A stretch of 64,000 bases of DNA from Balanoglossus misakiensis (taxonomy: Eukaryota > Animalia > Hemichordata): contig CM082595.2 in assembly GCA_040954595.2 (NCBI GenBank), positions 3,271,943 through 3,335,942 on the forward strand, written 5' to 3'. Under the pieces are notes generated by a model, which made no database searches, was not told the origin of the DNA, and was given only the letters and a program-made list of their open reading frames with translations. This document shows positions 12,488-25,538 of this stretch, piece after piece (the first letter of the stretch is position 1; every line of letters begins with the position of its first letter). The translations under genes and the position numbers were made by a program.

Positions 12488-13112
12488 TTAGTTTTCTATT
12501 GCCGTCCACGTGAATGTATAACCCCTGCCCTCAATGCTGCTGTCTGTGACAAATTCAACATGGACGACGTTGCCAACAGAAGTGTATTGGAGTGTCTCCT
12601 GCAGATCACCACAGTATGTTTCTGATTGGTTTGTGACGGTGTCCGTGATCTAGAAAAAAAATACAAAAAATATTTAACAAACCAAATAATCAATCAACCA
12701 ACAAACCAAACATAAACGGAAATATAAATACTTTGACGTGTCAGTGGCAACAGTCATGGTTTGTTTTGAACAGGGTCATCTGTAGAGCAGTATAATATAA
12801 AACAGTTGTTCAGAAACACAGAACACTTGTGAAATTACTTAATAGGTAGTTATTCGGTGTCATGCGCGTTGTAAATCTGACATAATGACAGAGAAAGTAG
12901 AAAGATACAATAGAATATATCAAATACCTTTAAGTGGTCAAATTCACAATTGTCGTCAAACTCTATGTTCATGTCAATGATGGTTATAGAGATGTGGTAC
13001 CCGCTCTGGACCTGGATGGTTGATGTACAGTCAAGCTCGCGTGGGTAGTTGGTGTTTGGATATAGAGGCGATGACAGTTGACCTTCCTGGGTGGTATAGG
13101 TACTACCGCACC
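12488..13112 (-). other. C-terminal CUB domain (2 exons)
   Basis: CGSTYTTQEGQLSSPLYPNTNYPRELDCTSTIQVQSGYHISITIIDMNIEFDDNCEFDHLK | ITDTVTNQSETYCGDLQETLQYTSVGNVVHVEFVTDSSIEGRGYTFTWTAIEN*, a typical 4-Cys CUB pattern. Confidence 0.88.
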
Positions 13113-16100
13113 CTGCAAAAGTAAACACAGTTGTGGTTGGATTTTGTTATGTGATGAAAATGAATCACTGGTTTAGTATGCATGGTTGGTAGTACATATG
13201 TTACCTGCATTGTATACACTTTTTCAAAGGAGTCTAAACAGTGAATACTATAGAATTGCACTCAGCATGATGGTACACTGTTAACATACAAAAATTATAC
13301 TCACCATAACCTTCTGGGCACTCGACCATGTAACACTCTTCCTGGGCCACTGGTCTAGCGACCTCAGCACACCTGGATTCCGGGACTACGCTGGTTAGGT
13401 CGTCCTTATCAGTGCGACACTCAACCACTCGGCTGTGTACACCACATCCACAGGTGACTGAACACTGCAATGGTAAACGAGAAAGATTTAATTAAATTAC
13501 ACAAAGAATCAATATTATTTGGGGGACTGTATCTATATTCTGATACACCATGTGTTGGACTGACATCAAACTTTTCTGCCAAGAACTTTGTTGTCTATAT
13601 TGTACACACATGGTATCAAATCATTTCTGAGTCTTCCACATACATGAGGTCATTTGATTGATCTGTGTGCTGTCTTCCTTGTAGAAAACTGGTTTTTGAC
13701 TTAGTTTCCCAAAAGGTTTTGAACACCAATGTTTCCGAATAAGCTCGGAAATGGTACCTGATAAAATATCACTACTACCAAGTTTATTAGTATTACCTGA
13801 GACCATTCGCTGGTGTACCAATATGCAGGGCAATTGACTGGAACACAGACGGCTGTCTCAACTGGCTTGGTCAAACCGAAATTGGTACAATCAGCATCTG
13901 TTGCTTGTGTAACACTGGTTGCATATACACGCATACATGTGACTGTTCTTGTTTGGATTCTAAGCTCACAATCACACGGCCCATATTCTGATACAGTGTA
14001 CATATATCTGAAAAATAAAATGTATCAATATCATTTATACATTAATACATTTTAAATGCCCTTCCCAATATCTCCTATGTTTGAAAACATATATATGACA
14101 ATAGTCCAGTCGTCAAACATGCATTTCATCAAATTGATGCAATATGCATATTCTATCTATCTTGCATAATGGGAAATTCTGGGGAACTTTGAATATCGTT
14201 AATAACCTGAATGGGCCAAGTAATATAAGTCAATTAGCTGTGTATCAAACTCAAATAAGTGCAGAGTTTAAGAAAAAATAGTTTTTGTGCCGTTTAACAT
14301 GAAGGACAATATGTGTTGTATGTCCTGTGTCACATGTTGTTTGGCCTGCCTTGCATTAATATCCTCCCATATAAACTGCAGGGCCCTTTCTGAGATCTCT
14401 GAGTGTTGTTGAGTACAGGAAATTGTCTATTGCCATGATGACAAAGTAATATACTGTTTGCATGAAAATATTGATGAATACAATGCAATTGTATTTTCTT
14501 GACATTAATAGCCAGGAAAATGATAGCATGAATATACATACGTTGCACACTCTGACACAGCACAGACTTCTTGAGCAACTGGTCTGACTAGGTTACCCTG
14601 AGTACAGAAAGCATCATCAACAACAGTGTTGGTTGTCTGTTCCACACATTCAACAGTCCTCACACGGATGGATGTTCCACATGTAGCAGAGCACTGCAAG
14701 TAAAACATAAACATTGTTAATATACATGTTCTCTAGTATTACACTTTCATTTTTCAATGTATGCACGTTGTCTGAAACATGATTTCGGATAATTAAACAG
14801 ACTATTCTGCCTTTGAGGCCTAATACATTTACACACAAGAATATATGTGTAAAAATCCGTACATGAATACTTGATACTATGATACGGTTAAAGGTTCAGT
14901 TACCTCACTCCAGGCTCCAACAACGAATGAGTACACAGCGCAAGCTGGTACGCCAGTACAGAGTTCAACACTGGTTGGAAGTGTAAGACCAGCTGCTGCA
15001 CAATTGCCGGAGTCAACTGGGATAGTGGTACCCACAACCACACAAGAGACAGTCCTAATTCTGAAAGATGTACCACAGGTAGCTGAGCACTGCAAAAACA
15101 AACATGTGATATATTACCATGTCGTTTCATAAACAGAGGTGAATTATAGCTATGAGATTGACACAATCTTGACCACAATAAATCATTATAATCCAATGAT
15201 TTGCACAAAAAATTGTCCAATCTTTTTAAGACGCTCCGCTCAGATGACTTACCTCGCCCCATTCGCCGACGGTGTAAGTGTAACAGTTGGGTACAACACA
15301 GGTCTCTACAGATGTTGGAACAGTCAGACCAGCTGCAAGACACTGTGCCTGGTCAACTGCAGTATTGGTTCCTGCCAAAACACATGTCACAGTCCTCGTT
15401 CTAGTTGATGTACCGCATGTAGCAGAACACTGAAATGAAAATGTATGTTAACGTTTAGTACTGAAGGATGGAAATATATGCACATAAATGAGCCATTGGG
15501 AATAATTTATAATATTCTTGTGATAGCCAAGGTTCAAAAACACTTACCTCTCCATATGCACCAACAATAAATGCAACGCAGTCTGGAACAACACACTCTT
15601 CTTGAGCAACTGGTCTGACAAGGTTACGCTCAGTACAGAAGCTATCAGCAACAACAGTGTCAGTTGTCTGTTCGTGACATTCAACTGTCCTCACACGGAC
15701 GGATGTTCCACATGTAGCAGAGCACTGTAGACAAAAAAATGGACAATTGATATTGACGATGGAACAAGGTGTCTGAAAACGTAAATGTAATTGATGGTCC
15801 GTAAATTCACAAACTCTTCAGAAAAAATCGTACTGAACTTAACAACATACCTGACTCCAGCTTCCAACCTCAAACCCATAGACGGGACAAGCTGATACAG
15901 TACAGAGTTCAACACTAGTTGGAAGTGTAAGACCAGCTGCTGCACAGTTGCCAGTATCAACTGGGACATTTGTACCCACAACCACACAAGACACTGTCCT
16001 TGTTCTGAAAGATGTACCACAGGTAGCTGAGCACTGCAAAAACAAACATGTGATATATTAACATGATGTTTCATAAACAGAGGTTAATTATAGGTATGCC

Positions 16101-19100
16101 ATTGACGCAATCTTGACCATGAGGAATTCCTTGTAATCCCCCGATTGTAACAAAAAATCCAAGCGTTTTATAAGAATGCTCCTATGACCTACCACGCCCC
16201 ATTCGCTGATGGTGTAAGTGTAACAGTCGGGTACAACACAGGTTTCTACAGATGTTGGAACAGTCAGACCAGCTGCAAGACACTGTGCCTGGTCAACTGC
16301 AGTATCGGTTCCTGCCAAGACACAAGTCACAGTCCTGGTTCTAGTCGATGTACCGCATGTAGCAGAACACTGAAATGAAAATGTATGTTAACGTTTAGTA
16401 CTGAAGGATGGAAATATATGCACATAAATGAGCCATTGGGAATAATTTATAATATTCTTGTGATAGCCAAGGTTCAAAAACACTTACCTCTCCATATGCA
16501 CCAACAATAAATGCAACGCAGTCTGGAACAACACACTCTTCCTGAGCAACTGGTCTGACAAGGTTACGCTCAGTACAGAAGCTATCAGCAACAACAGTGT
16601 CAGTTGTCTGTTCATGACATTCAACTGTCCTCACACGGACGGATGTTCCACATGTAGCAGAGCACTGTAGACAAAAAAATGGACAATTGATATTGACGAT
16701 GGAACAAGGTGTCTGAAAACGTAAATGTAATTGATGGTCCGTAAATTCACAAACTCTTCAGAAAAAATCGTACTGAACTTAACAACATACCTCACTCCAG
16801 CTTCCAACCTCAAATCCATAGACGGGACAAGCTGATACAGTACAGAGTTCAACACTAGTTGGAAGTGTAAGACCAGCTGATGCACAGTTCGCATTGTCGA
16901 CTGGGACATTTGTTCCCACAACCACACAAGACACTGTCCTTGTTCTGAAAGATGTACCACAGGTAGCTGAGCACTGCAAAAACAAACATGTGATATATTA
17001 ACATGATGTTTCATAAACAGAGGTTAATTATAGGTATGCCATTGACGCAATCTTGACCATGAGGAATTCCTTGTAATCCCCCGATTGTAACAAAAAATCC
17101 AAGCGTTTTATAAGAATGCTCCTATGACCTACCACGCCCCATTCGCTGATGGTGTAAGTGTAACAGTCGGGTACAACACAGGTTTCTACAGATGTTGGAA
17201 CAGTCAGACCAGCTGCAAGACACTGTGCCTGGTCAACTGCAGTATCGGTTCCTGCCAAGACACAAGTCACAGTCCTGGTTCTAGTCGATGTACCGCATGT
17301 AGCAGAACACTGAAATGAAAATGTATGTTAACGTTTAGTACTGAAGGATGGAAATATATGCACATAAATGAGCCATTGGGAATAATTTATAATATTCTTG
17401 TGATAGCCAAGGTTCAAAAACACTTACCTCTCCATATGCACCAACAATAAATGCAACGCAGTCTGGAACAACACACTCTTCCTGAGCAACTGGTCTGACA
17501 AGGTTACGCTCAGTACAGAAGCTATCAGCAACAACAGTGTCAGTTGTCTGTTCATGACATTCAACTGTCCTCACACGGACGGATGTTCCACATGTAGCAG
17601 AGCACTGTAGACAAAAAAATGGACAATTGATATTGACGATGGAACAAGGTGTCTGAAAACGTAAATGTAATTGATGGTCCGTAAATTCACAAACTCTTCA
17701 GAAAAAATCGTACTGAACTTAACAACATACCTCACTCCAGCTTCCAACCTCAAATCCATAGACGGGACAAGCTGATACAGTACAGAGTTCAACACTAGTT
17801 GGAAGTGTAAGACCAGCTGATGCACAGTTCGCATTGTCGACTGGGACATTTGTTCCCACAACCACACAAGACACTGTCCTTGTTCTGAAAGATGTACCAC
17901 AGGTAGCTGAGCACTGCAGAAACAAACATGTGATATATTAACATGATGTTTCATAAACAGAGGTGAATTATAGGTATGCCATTGACGCAATCTAAGCCAA
18001 AAGTAATGCGTTATAATCTGCTGATTGTAACAAAAAATCCAAGTTATTTATACGATGCTCCACTGACTTACCACGCCCCATTCGCTGATGGTGTAAGTGT
18101 AACAGTCAGGTACAACACAGGTCTCTACAGATGTTGGAACAGTCAAACCAGCTGCAAGACACTGTGCCTGGTCAACTGCAGTATCCGTTCCTGCCAACAC
18201 ACAAGTCACAGTCCTGGTTCTAGTTGATGTACCGCATGTAGCAGAACACTGAAATGCAAATGTATGTTAACGTTTAGTACTGAAGGATGGAAATATATGC
18301 AAATAAATGAGCCATTTGGAATAATTTATAATATTCTTGTGATAGCCAAGGTTCAAAAACACTTACCTCTCCATATGCACCGACTATAAATGCAACGCAG
18401 TCTGGAACAACACACTCTTCCTGAGCAACTGGTCTGACAAGGTTACGCTCAGTACAGAAGCTATCAGCAACAACAGTGTCAGTTGTCTGTTCGTGACATT
18501 CAACTGTCCTCACACGGACGGATGTTCCACATGTAGCAGAGCACTGTCAACAAAAATATTTTGATCGTTTAGTACCGATGATGAAAGATGACATGCTGAT
18601 ATATGTTTGGTCACGAAGGCATAGGATATACCGGTAGATGCATTGCTCTATAAACACTCTTCCCAGAATAACTATGAATTTGATTGTTTGATACAGGCAC
18701 ACATATCTAACTGCAAGATTGTGACGAAACTTATTGTGCACACGATTGTTGTTTATGTACTTGCTGGTGTAAGTTAATATTCATATACTCTTCAAAAAAG
18801 AATGTTACTTTTGTAAACAACATACCTGACTCCAGCTTCCAACTTCAAATCCATAGACAGGGCAAGCTGATACAGTACAGAGCTCAACACTAGTTGGAAG
18901 TGTAAGACCAGCTGCTGCACAGTTGCCAGTATCGACTGGGACATTTGTTCCCACAACCACACAAGAGACTGTCCTAATTCTGAAAGACGTACCACAGGTA
19001 GCTGAGCACTGCAAAAGGAACATAAGATATATTATCAGTCGTATCATAAACACAGATGAATTTTAGGTATGTCATTGACACGATCTTGACCATAAGTGGT

Positions 19101-22100
19101 TTGTTAACGTATGATCCAATGATTGTCCCAAGAATAGTCAATTATTTTATACAATGTTCCAAAGGCTTACCTCGCCCCATTCGCTGACAGTGTAAGTGTA
19201 ACAGTCGGGTACAACACAGGTCTCTACAGATGTTGGAACAGTCAGACCAGCTGCAAGACACTGTGCCTGGTCAACTGCAGTATCGGTTCCTGCCAACACA
19301 CAAGTCACAGTCCTGGTTCTAGTTGATGTACCGCATGTAGCAGAACACTGAAATGAAAATGTATGTTAACGTTTAGTACTGAAGGATGGAAATATATGCA
19401 CATAAATGAGCCATTGGGAATAATTTATAATATTCTTGTGATAGCCAAGGTTCAAAAACACTTACCTCTCCATATGCACCAACGATAAATGCAACGCAGT
19501 CTGGAACAACACACTCTTCCTGAGCAACTGGTCTGACAAGGTTACGCTCAGTACAGAAGCTATCAGCAACAACAGTGTCAGTTGTCTGTTCGTGACATTC
19601 AACTGTCCTCACACGGACGGATGTTCCACATGTAGCAGAGCACTGTAGACAAAAAAAATGGACAATTGATATTGACGATGGAACAAGGTGTCTGAAAACG
19701 TAAATGTAATTGATGGTCCGTAAATTCACAAACTCTTCAGAAAAAATCGTACTGAACTTAACAACATACCTCACTCCAGCTTCCAACCTCAAATCCATAG
19801 ACGGGACAAGCTGATACAGTGCAGAGTTCAACACTAGTTGGAAGTGTAAGACCAACTGCTGCACAGTTGCCAGTATCGACTGGGACATTTGTACCCACAA
19901 CCACACAAGAGACTGTCCTAATTCTGAAAGATGTACCGCAGGAGGCTGAGCACTGCAAAAAGAACATAAGATAACCATCATGTCGTTGCATAAACACAAG
20001 TGAATTTTAGGTATGTCAATGTACGATCTTGACCATAAGTGATTTGTTAACGTATGATCCATTGATTGTCCCAAGGGTAGTCAAATATTTTCTACGATGT
20101 TGGAAATGCTTACCTCTCCCCATTCGCCGACGGTGTAAGTGTAACAGTCAGGTACAACACAGGTTTCTACAGATGTTGGGACAGTCAGACCAGCTGCAAG
20201 ACACTGTGCCTGGTCAACTGCAGTATTGGTTCCTGCCAAAACACATGTCACAGTCCTCGTTCTAGTTGATGTACCGCATGTAGCAGAACACTGAAATGTA
20301 AATGTATGTTAACGTTTAGTTTTAGGCTTGAAATATATGCACAGGAATGAGCCATTGTGAATAATTTTTGAAATTGTTGTGATAGCCAAGGATCAAAAAC
20401 ACTTGCCTCTCCATATGCACCAACGATAAATGCAACGCAGTCTGGAACAACACACTCTTCCTGAGCAACTGGTCTGACAAGGTTACGCTCAGTACAGAAG
20501 CTATCAGCAACAACAGTGTCAGTTGTCTGTTCGTGACATTCAACTGTCCTTACACGGACGGATGTTCCACATGTAGCAGAGCACTGTAGACAAAAAAAAA
20601 TAGTTTGGATATTAGGCATTGGCGTTGAAATGAAGTCTCTGAAAATGTACATAGACATACAGTAGGCTTATTGTGACTAATTTGATTGTCTGATGCAGAT
20701 ATAAAATCCTAACTGCAACATGAATACGCTGTGACCTAGGCTAATGTGTAAACAAGTGCTTTATATGAAATTGATGGAGTAAGTGTAAATTCACAAACTT
20801 TTCAAAAAGGAAACCCACTTGGCCAATCAACATACCTGACCCCAGCTTCCAACTTCAAATCCATAGACAGGGCAAGCTGATACCGTACAGAGTTCAACAC
20901 TAGTTGGAAGTGTAAGACCAGCTGCTGCACAGTTGCCAGTATCGACTGGGACATTTGTTCCCACAACCACACAAGACACTGTCCTTGTTCTGAAAGATGT
21001 ACCACAGGTAGCTGAACACTGAAAAACAAACATGACATTTATTACCATAGGTGAATCTAGCTATGTCATTTACAGTCTGACCATAAGTATTCCACTGATT
21101 GTCACATAAATGATCCAAGTGTTTTATACGATGCTCCAATGGCTTACCACGCCCCATTCGCTGATGGTGTAAGTGTAACAATCGGGTACAACACAGGTCT
21201 CTACAGATGTTGGAACAGTCAGACCAGCTGCAAGACACTGTGCCTGGTCAACTGCAGTATCGGTTCCTGCCAACACACATGTCACAGTCCTCGTTCTAGT
21301 TGATGTACCGCATGTAGCAGAACACTGAAATGCAAATTCAAGTTAGCGTTTAGTACTGAACGATGGAAATATATTCACAGAAATGACCCATTGTGAATTA
21401 TTTATGAAATTATTGTGATAGCCAAGGATCAAAAACACTTGCCTCTCCATATGCACCAACGATAAATGCAACGCAGTCTGGAACAACACACTCTTCCTGA
21501 GCAACTGGTCTGACAAGGTTACGCTCAGTACAGAAGCTATCAGCAACAACAGTGTCAGTTGTCTGTTCATGACATTCAACTGTCCTCACACGGACGGATG
21601 TTCCACATGTAGCAGAGCACTGTAGACAAAAAAAAAATAGTTTGGATATTAGGCATTGGCGTTGAAATGAAGTCTCTGAAAATGTACATAGACATACAGT
21701 AGGCTTATTGTGACTAATTTGATTGTCTGATGCAGATATAAAATCCTAACTGCAACATGAATACGCTGTGACCTAGGCTAATGTGTAAACAAGTGCTTTA
21801 TATGTAATTGATGGAGTAAGTGTAAATTCACAAACTTTTCAAAAAGGAAACCCACTTGGCCAAACAACATACCTGACCCCAGCTTCCAACTTCAAATCCA
21901 TAGACAGGGCAAGCTGATACCGTACAGAGTTCAACACTAGTTGGAAGTGTAAGACCAGCTGCTGCACAGTTGCCAGTATCGACTGGGACATTTGTACCCA
22001 CAACCACACAAGACACTGTCCTTGTTCTGAAAGATGTACCACAGGTAGCTGAACACTGAAAAACAAACATGACATTTATTACCATAGGTGAATCTAGCTA

Positions 22101-25100
22101 TGTCATTTACAGTCTGACCATAAGTATTCCACTGATTGTCACATAAATGATCCAAGTGTTTTATACGATGCTCCAATGACTTACCACGCCCCATTCGCTG
22201 ATGGTGTAAGTGTAACAATCGGGTACAACACAGGTCTCTACTGATGTTGGAACAGTCAGACCAGCTGCAAGACACTGTGCCTGGTCAACTGCAGTATCGG
22301 TTCCTGCCAAAACACATGTCACAGTCCTCGTTCTAGTTGATGTACCGCATGTAGCAGAACACTGAAATGCAAATTCAAGTTAGCGTTTAGTACTGAACGA
22401 TGGAAATATATTCACAGAAATGAGCCATTGGGAATTATTTATGAAATTATTGTGATATCAAAGGTTCAAAAACACTTACCTCTCCATATGCACCAACGAT
22501 AAATGCAACGCAGTCTGGAACAACACACTCTTCCTGAGCAACTGGTCTGACAAGGTTACGCTCAGTACAGAAGCTATCAGCAACAACAGTGTCAGTTGTC
22601 TGTTCGTGACATTCAACTGTCCTCACACGGACGGATGTTCCACATGTAGCAGAGCACTGTAGACAAAAAAATGGACAATTGATATTGACGATGGAACAAG
22701 GTGTCTGAAAACGTAAATGTAATTGATGGTTCGTAAATTCACAAACTCTTCAGAAAAAATCGTACTGAACTTTACAACATACCTCGCTCCAGCCTCCAAC
22801 CTCAAATCCATAGACAGGGCAAGCTGATACCGTACAGAGTTCAACACTAGTTGGAAGTGTAAGACCAGCTGCTGCACAGTTGCCAGTATCCACTGGGACA
22901 TTTGTACCCACAACCACACAAGAGACTGTCCTAATTCTGAAAGATGTACCACAGGTAGCTGAGCACTGCAAAAAGAACATAAGAAATACCATCATGTCGT
23001 TGCATAAACACAAGTGAATTTTAGGTATGTCAATGTACGATCTTGACCATAAGTGATTTGTTAACTTATGATCCATTGATTGTCCCAAGGGTAGTCAAAT
23101 ATTTTCTACGATGTTGGAAATGCTTACCTCTCCCCATTCGCTGATGGTGTAAGTGTAACAATCGGGTACAACACAGGTCTCTACAGATGTTGGAACAGTC
23201 AGACCAGCTGCAAGACACTGTGCCTGGTCAACTGCAGTATCGGTTCCTGCCAACACACAAGTCACAGTCCTGGTTCTAGTCGATGTACCGCATGTAGCAG
23301 AACACTGAAATGCAAATTCAAGTTAGCGTTTAGTACTGAACGATGGAAATATATTCACAGAAATGACCCATTGTGAATTATTTATGAAATTATTGTGATA
23401 GCCAAGGATCAAAAACACTTGCCTCTCCATATGCACCAACGATAAATGCAACACAGTCTGGAACAACACACTCTTCCTGAGCAACTGGTCTGACAAGGTT
23501 ACGCTCAGTACAGAAGCTATCAGCAACAACAGTGTCAGTTGTCTGTTCATGACATTCAACTGTCCTCACACGTACGGATGTTCCACATGTAGCAGAGCAC
23601 TGTAGACAAAAAAATGGACAATTGATATTGACGATGGAACAAGGTGTCTGAAAACGTAAATGTAATTGACGGTCCGTAAATTCACAAACTCTTAACAAAA
23701 AATCGTACCGAACTTAACAACATACCTCACTCCAGCTTCCAACCTCAAATCCATAGACGGGGCAAGCTGATACGGTACAGAGTTCAACACTAGTTGGAAG
23801 TGTAAGACCAGCTGCTGCACAGTTGCCAGTATCGACTGGGACATTTGTACCCACAACCACACAAGAGACTGTCCTAATTCTGAAAGATGTACCACAGGAG
23901 GCTGAGCACTGCAAAAAGAACATAAGAAATACCATCATGTCGTTGCATAAACACAAGTGAATTTTAGGTATGTCATTTGTACGATCTTGACCATAAGTGA
24001 TTTGTTAACTTATGATCCATTGATTGTCCCAAGGGTAGTCAAATATTTTCTACGATGTTGGAAATGCTTACCTCTCCCCATTCGCCGACGGTGTAAGTGT
24101 AACAGTCGGGTACAACACAGGTTTCTACAGATGTTGGGACAGTCAGACCAGCTGCAAGACACTGTGCCTGGTCAACTGCAGTATCGGTTCCTGCCAAAAC
24201 ACATGTCACAGTCCTGGTTCTAGTCGATGTACCGCATGTAGCAGAACACTGAAATGTAAATGTATGTTAACGTTTAGTTTTAGGCTTGAAATATATGCAC
24301 AGGAATGAGCCATTGTGAATAATTTTTGAAATTATTGTGATAGCCAAGGATCAAAAACACTTGCCTCTCCATATGCACCGACTATAAATGCAACGCAGTC
24401 TGGAACAACACACTCTTCCTGAGCAACTGGTCTGACAAGGTTACGCTCAGTACAGAAGCTATCAGCAACAACAGTGTCAGTTGTCTGTTCGTGACATTCA
24501 ACTGTCCTTACACGGACGGATGTTCCACATGAAGCAGAGCACTGTAGATAAAAAAATGGACAATTGATATTGATGATGGAACAAGGTGTCTGAAAACGTT
24601 AATGTAATTGATGGTCCGTAAATTCACAAACTCTTAACAAAAAATCGTACCGAACTTAACAACATACCTCACTCCAGCTTCCAACCTCAAAACCATAGAC
24701 GGGGCAAGCTGATACGGTACAGAGTTCAACACTAGTTGGAAGTGTAAGACCAGCTGCTGCACAGTTGCTAGTATCGACTGGGACATTTGTACCCACAACC
24801 ACACAAGACACTGTCCTTGTTCTGAAAGACGTACCACAGGTAGCTGAACACTGCAAAAACAATCATGCAATATATTAGCATGTCGTTTCATAAACAGAGG
24901 TGAATTATAGGAATGCCATTGACGCAATCTTGGCCATAAGTAATGCGTTATAATCTCCTGATTGTAACAATAAATCCAAGTTATTTATACGATGCTCAAA
25001 TGACTTACCACGCCCCATTCGCTGATGGTGTAAGAATAACAGTCGGGTACAACACAGGTCTCTACAGATGTTGGAACAGTCAAACCAGCTGCAAGACACT

Positions 25101-25496
25101 GTGCCTGGTCAACTGCAGTATTGGTTCCTGACAAAACACATGTCACAGTCCTCGTTCTTGTTGATGTACCGCATGTAGCAGAACACTGAAATGAAAATGT
25201 ATGTTAACGTTTAGTACTGAAGGATTGGAAAACATTCACAGAAATGAGCCATTGTAAATAGTTTCAGAAAATTCTTGAGATTACCTAGGTTCAAAAACAC
25301 TAACCTCTCCATATGCACCGACGATAAATGCAACGCAGTCTGGAACAACACACTCTTCCTGAGCAACTGGTCTGACAAGGTTACGCTCAGTACAGAAGCT
25401 ATCATCAACGACAGTGTCAGTTGTCTGTTCGTGACATTCAACTGTCCTCACACGGACGGATGTTCCACATGAAGCAGAGCACTGTTAAGAAGAATA

Positions 25497-25538
<42 letters not shown>

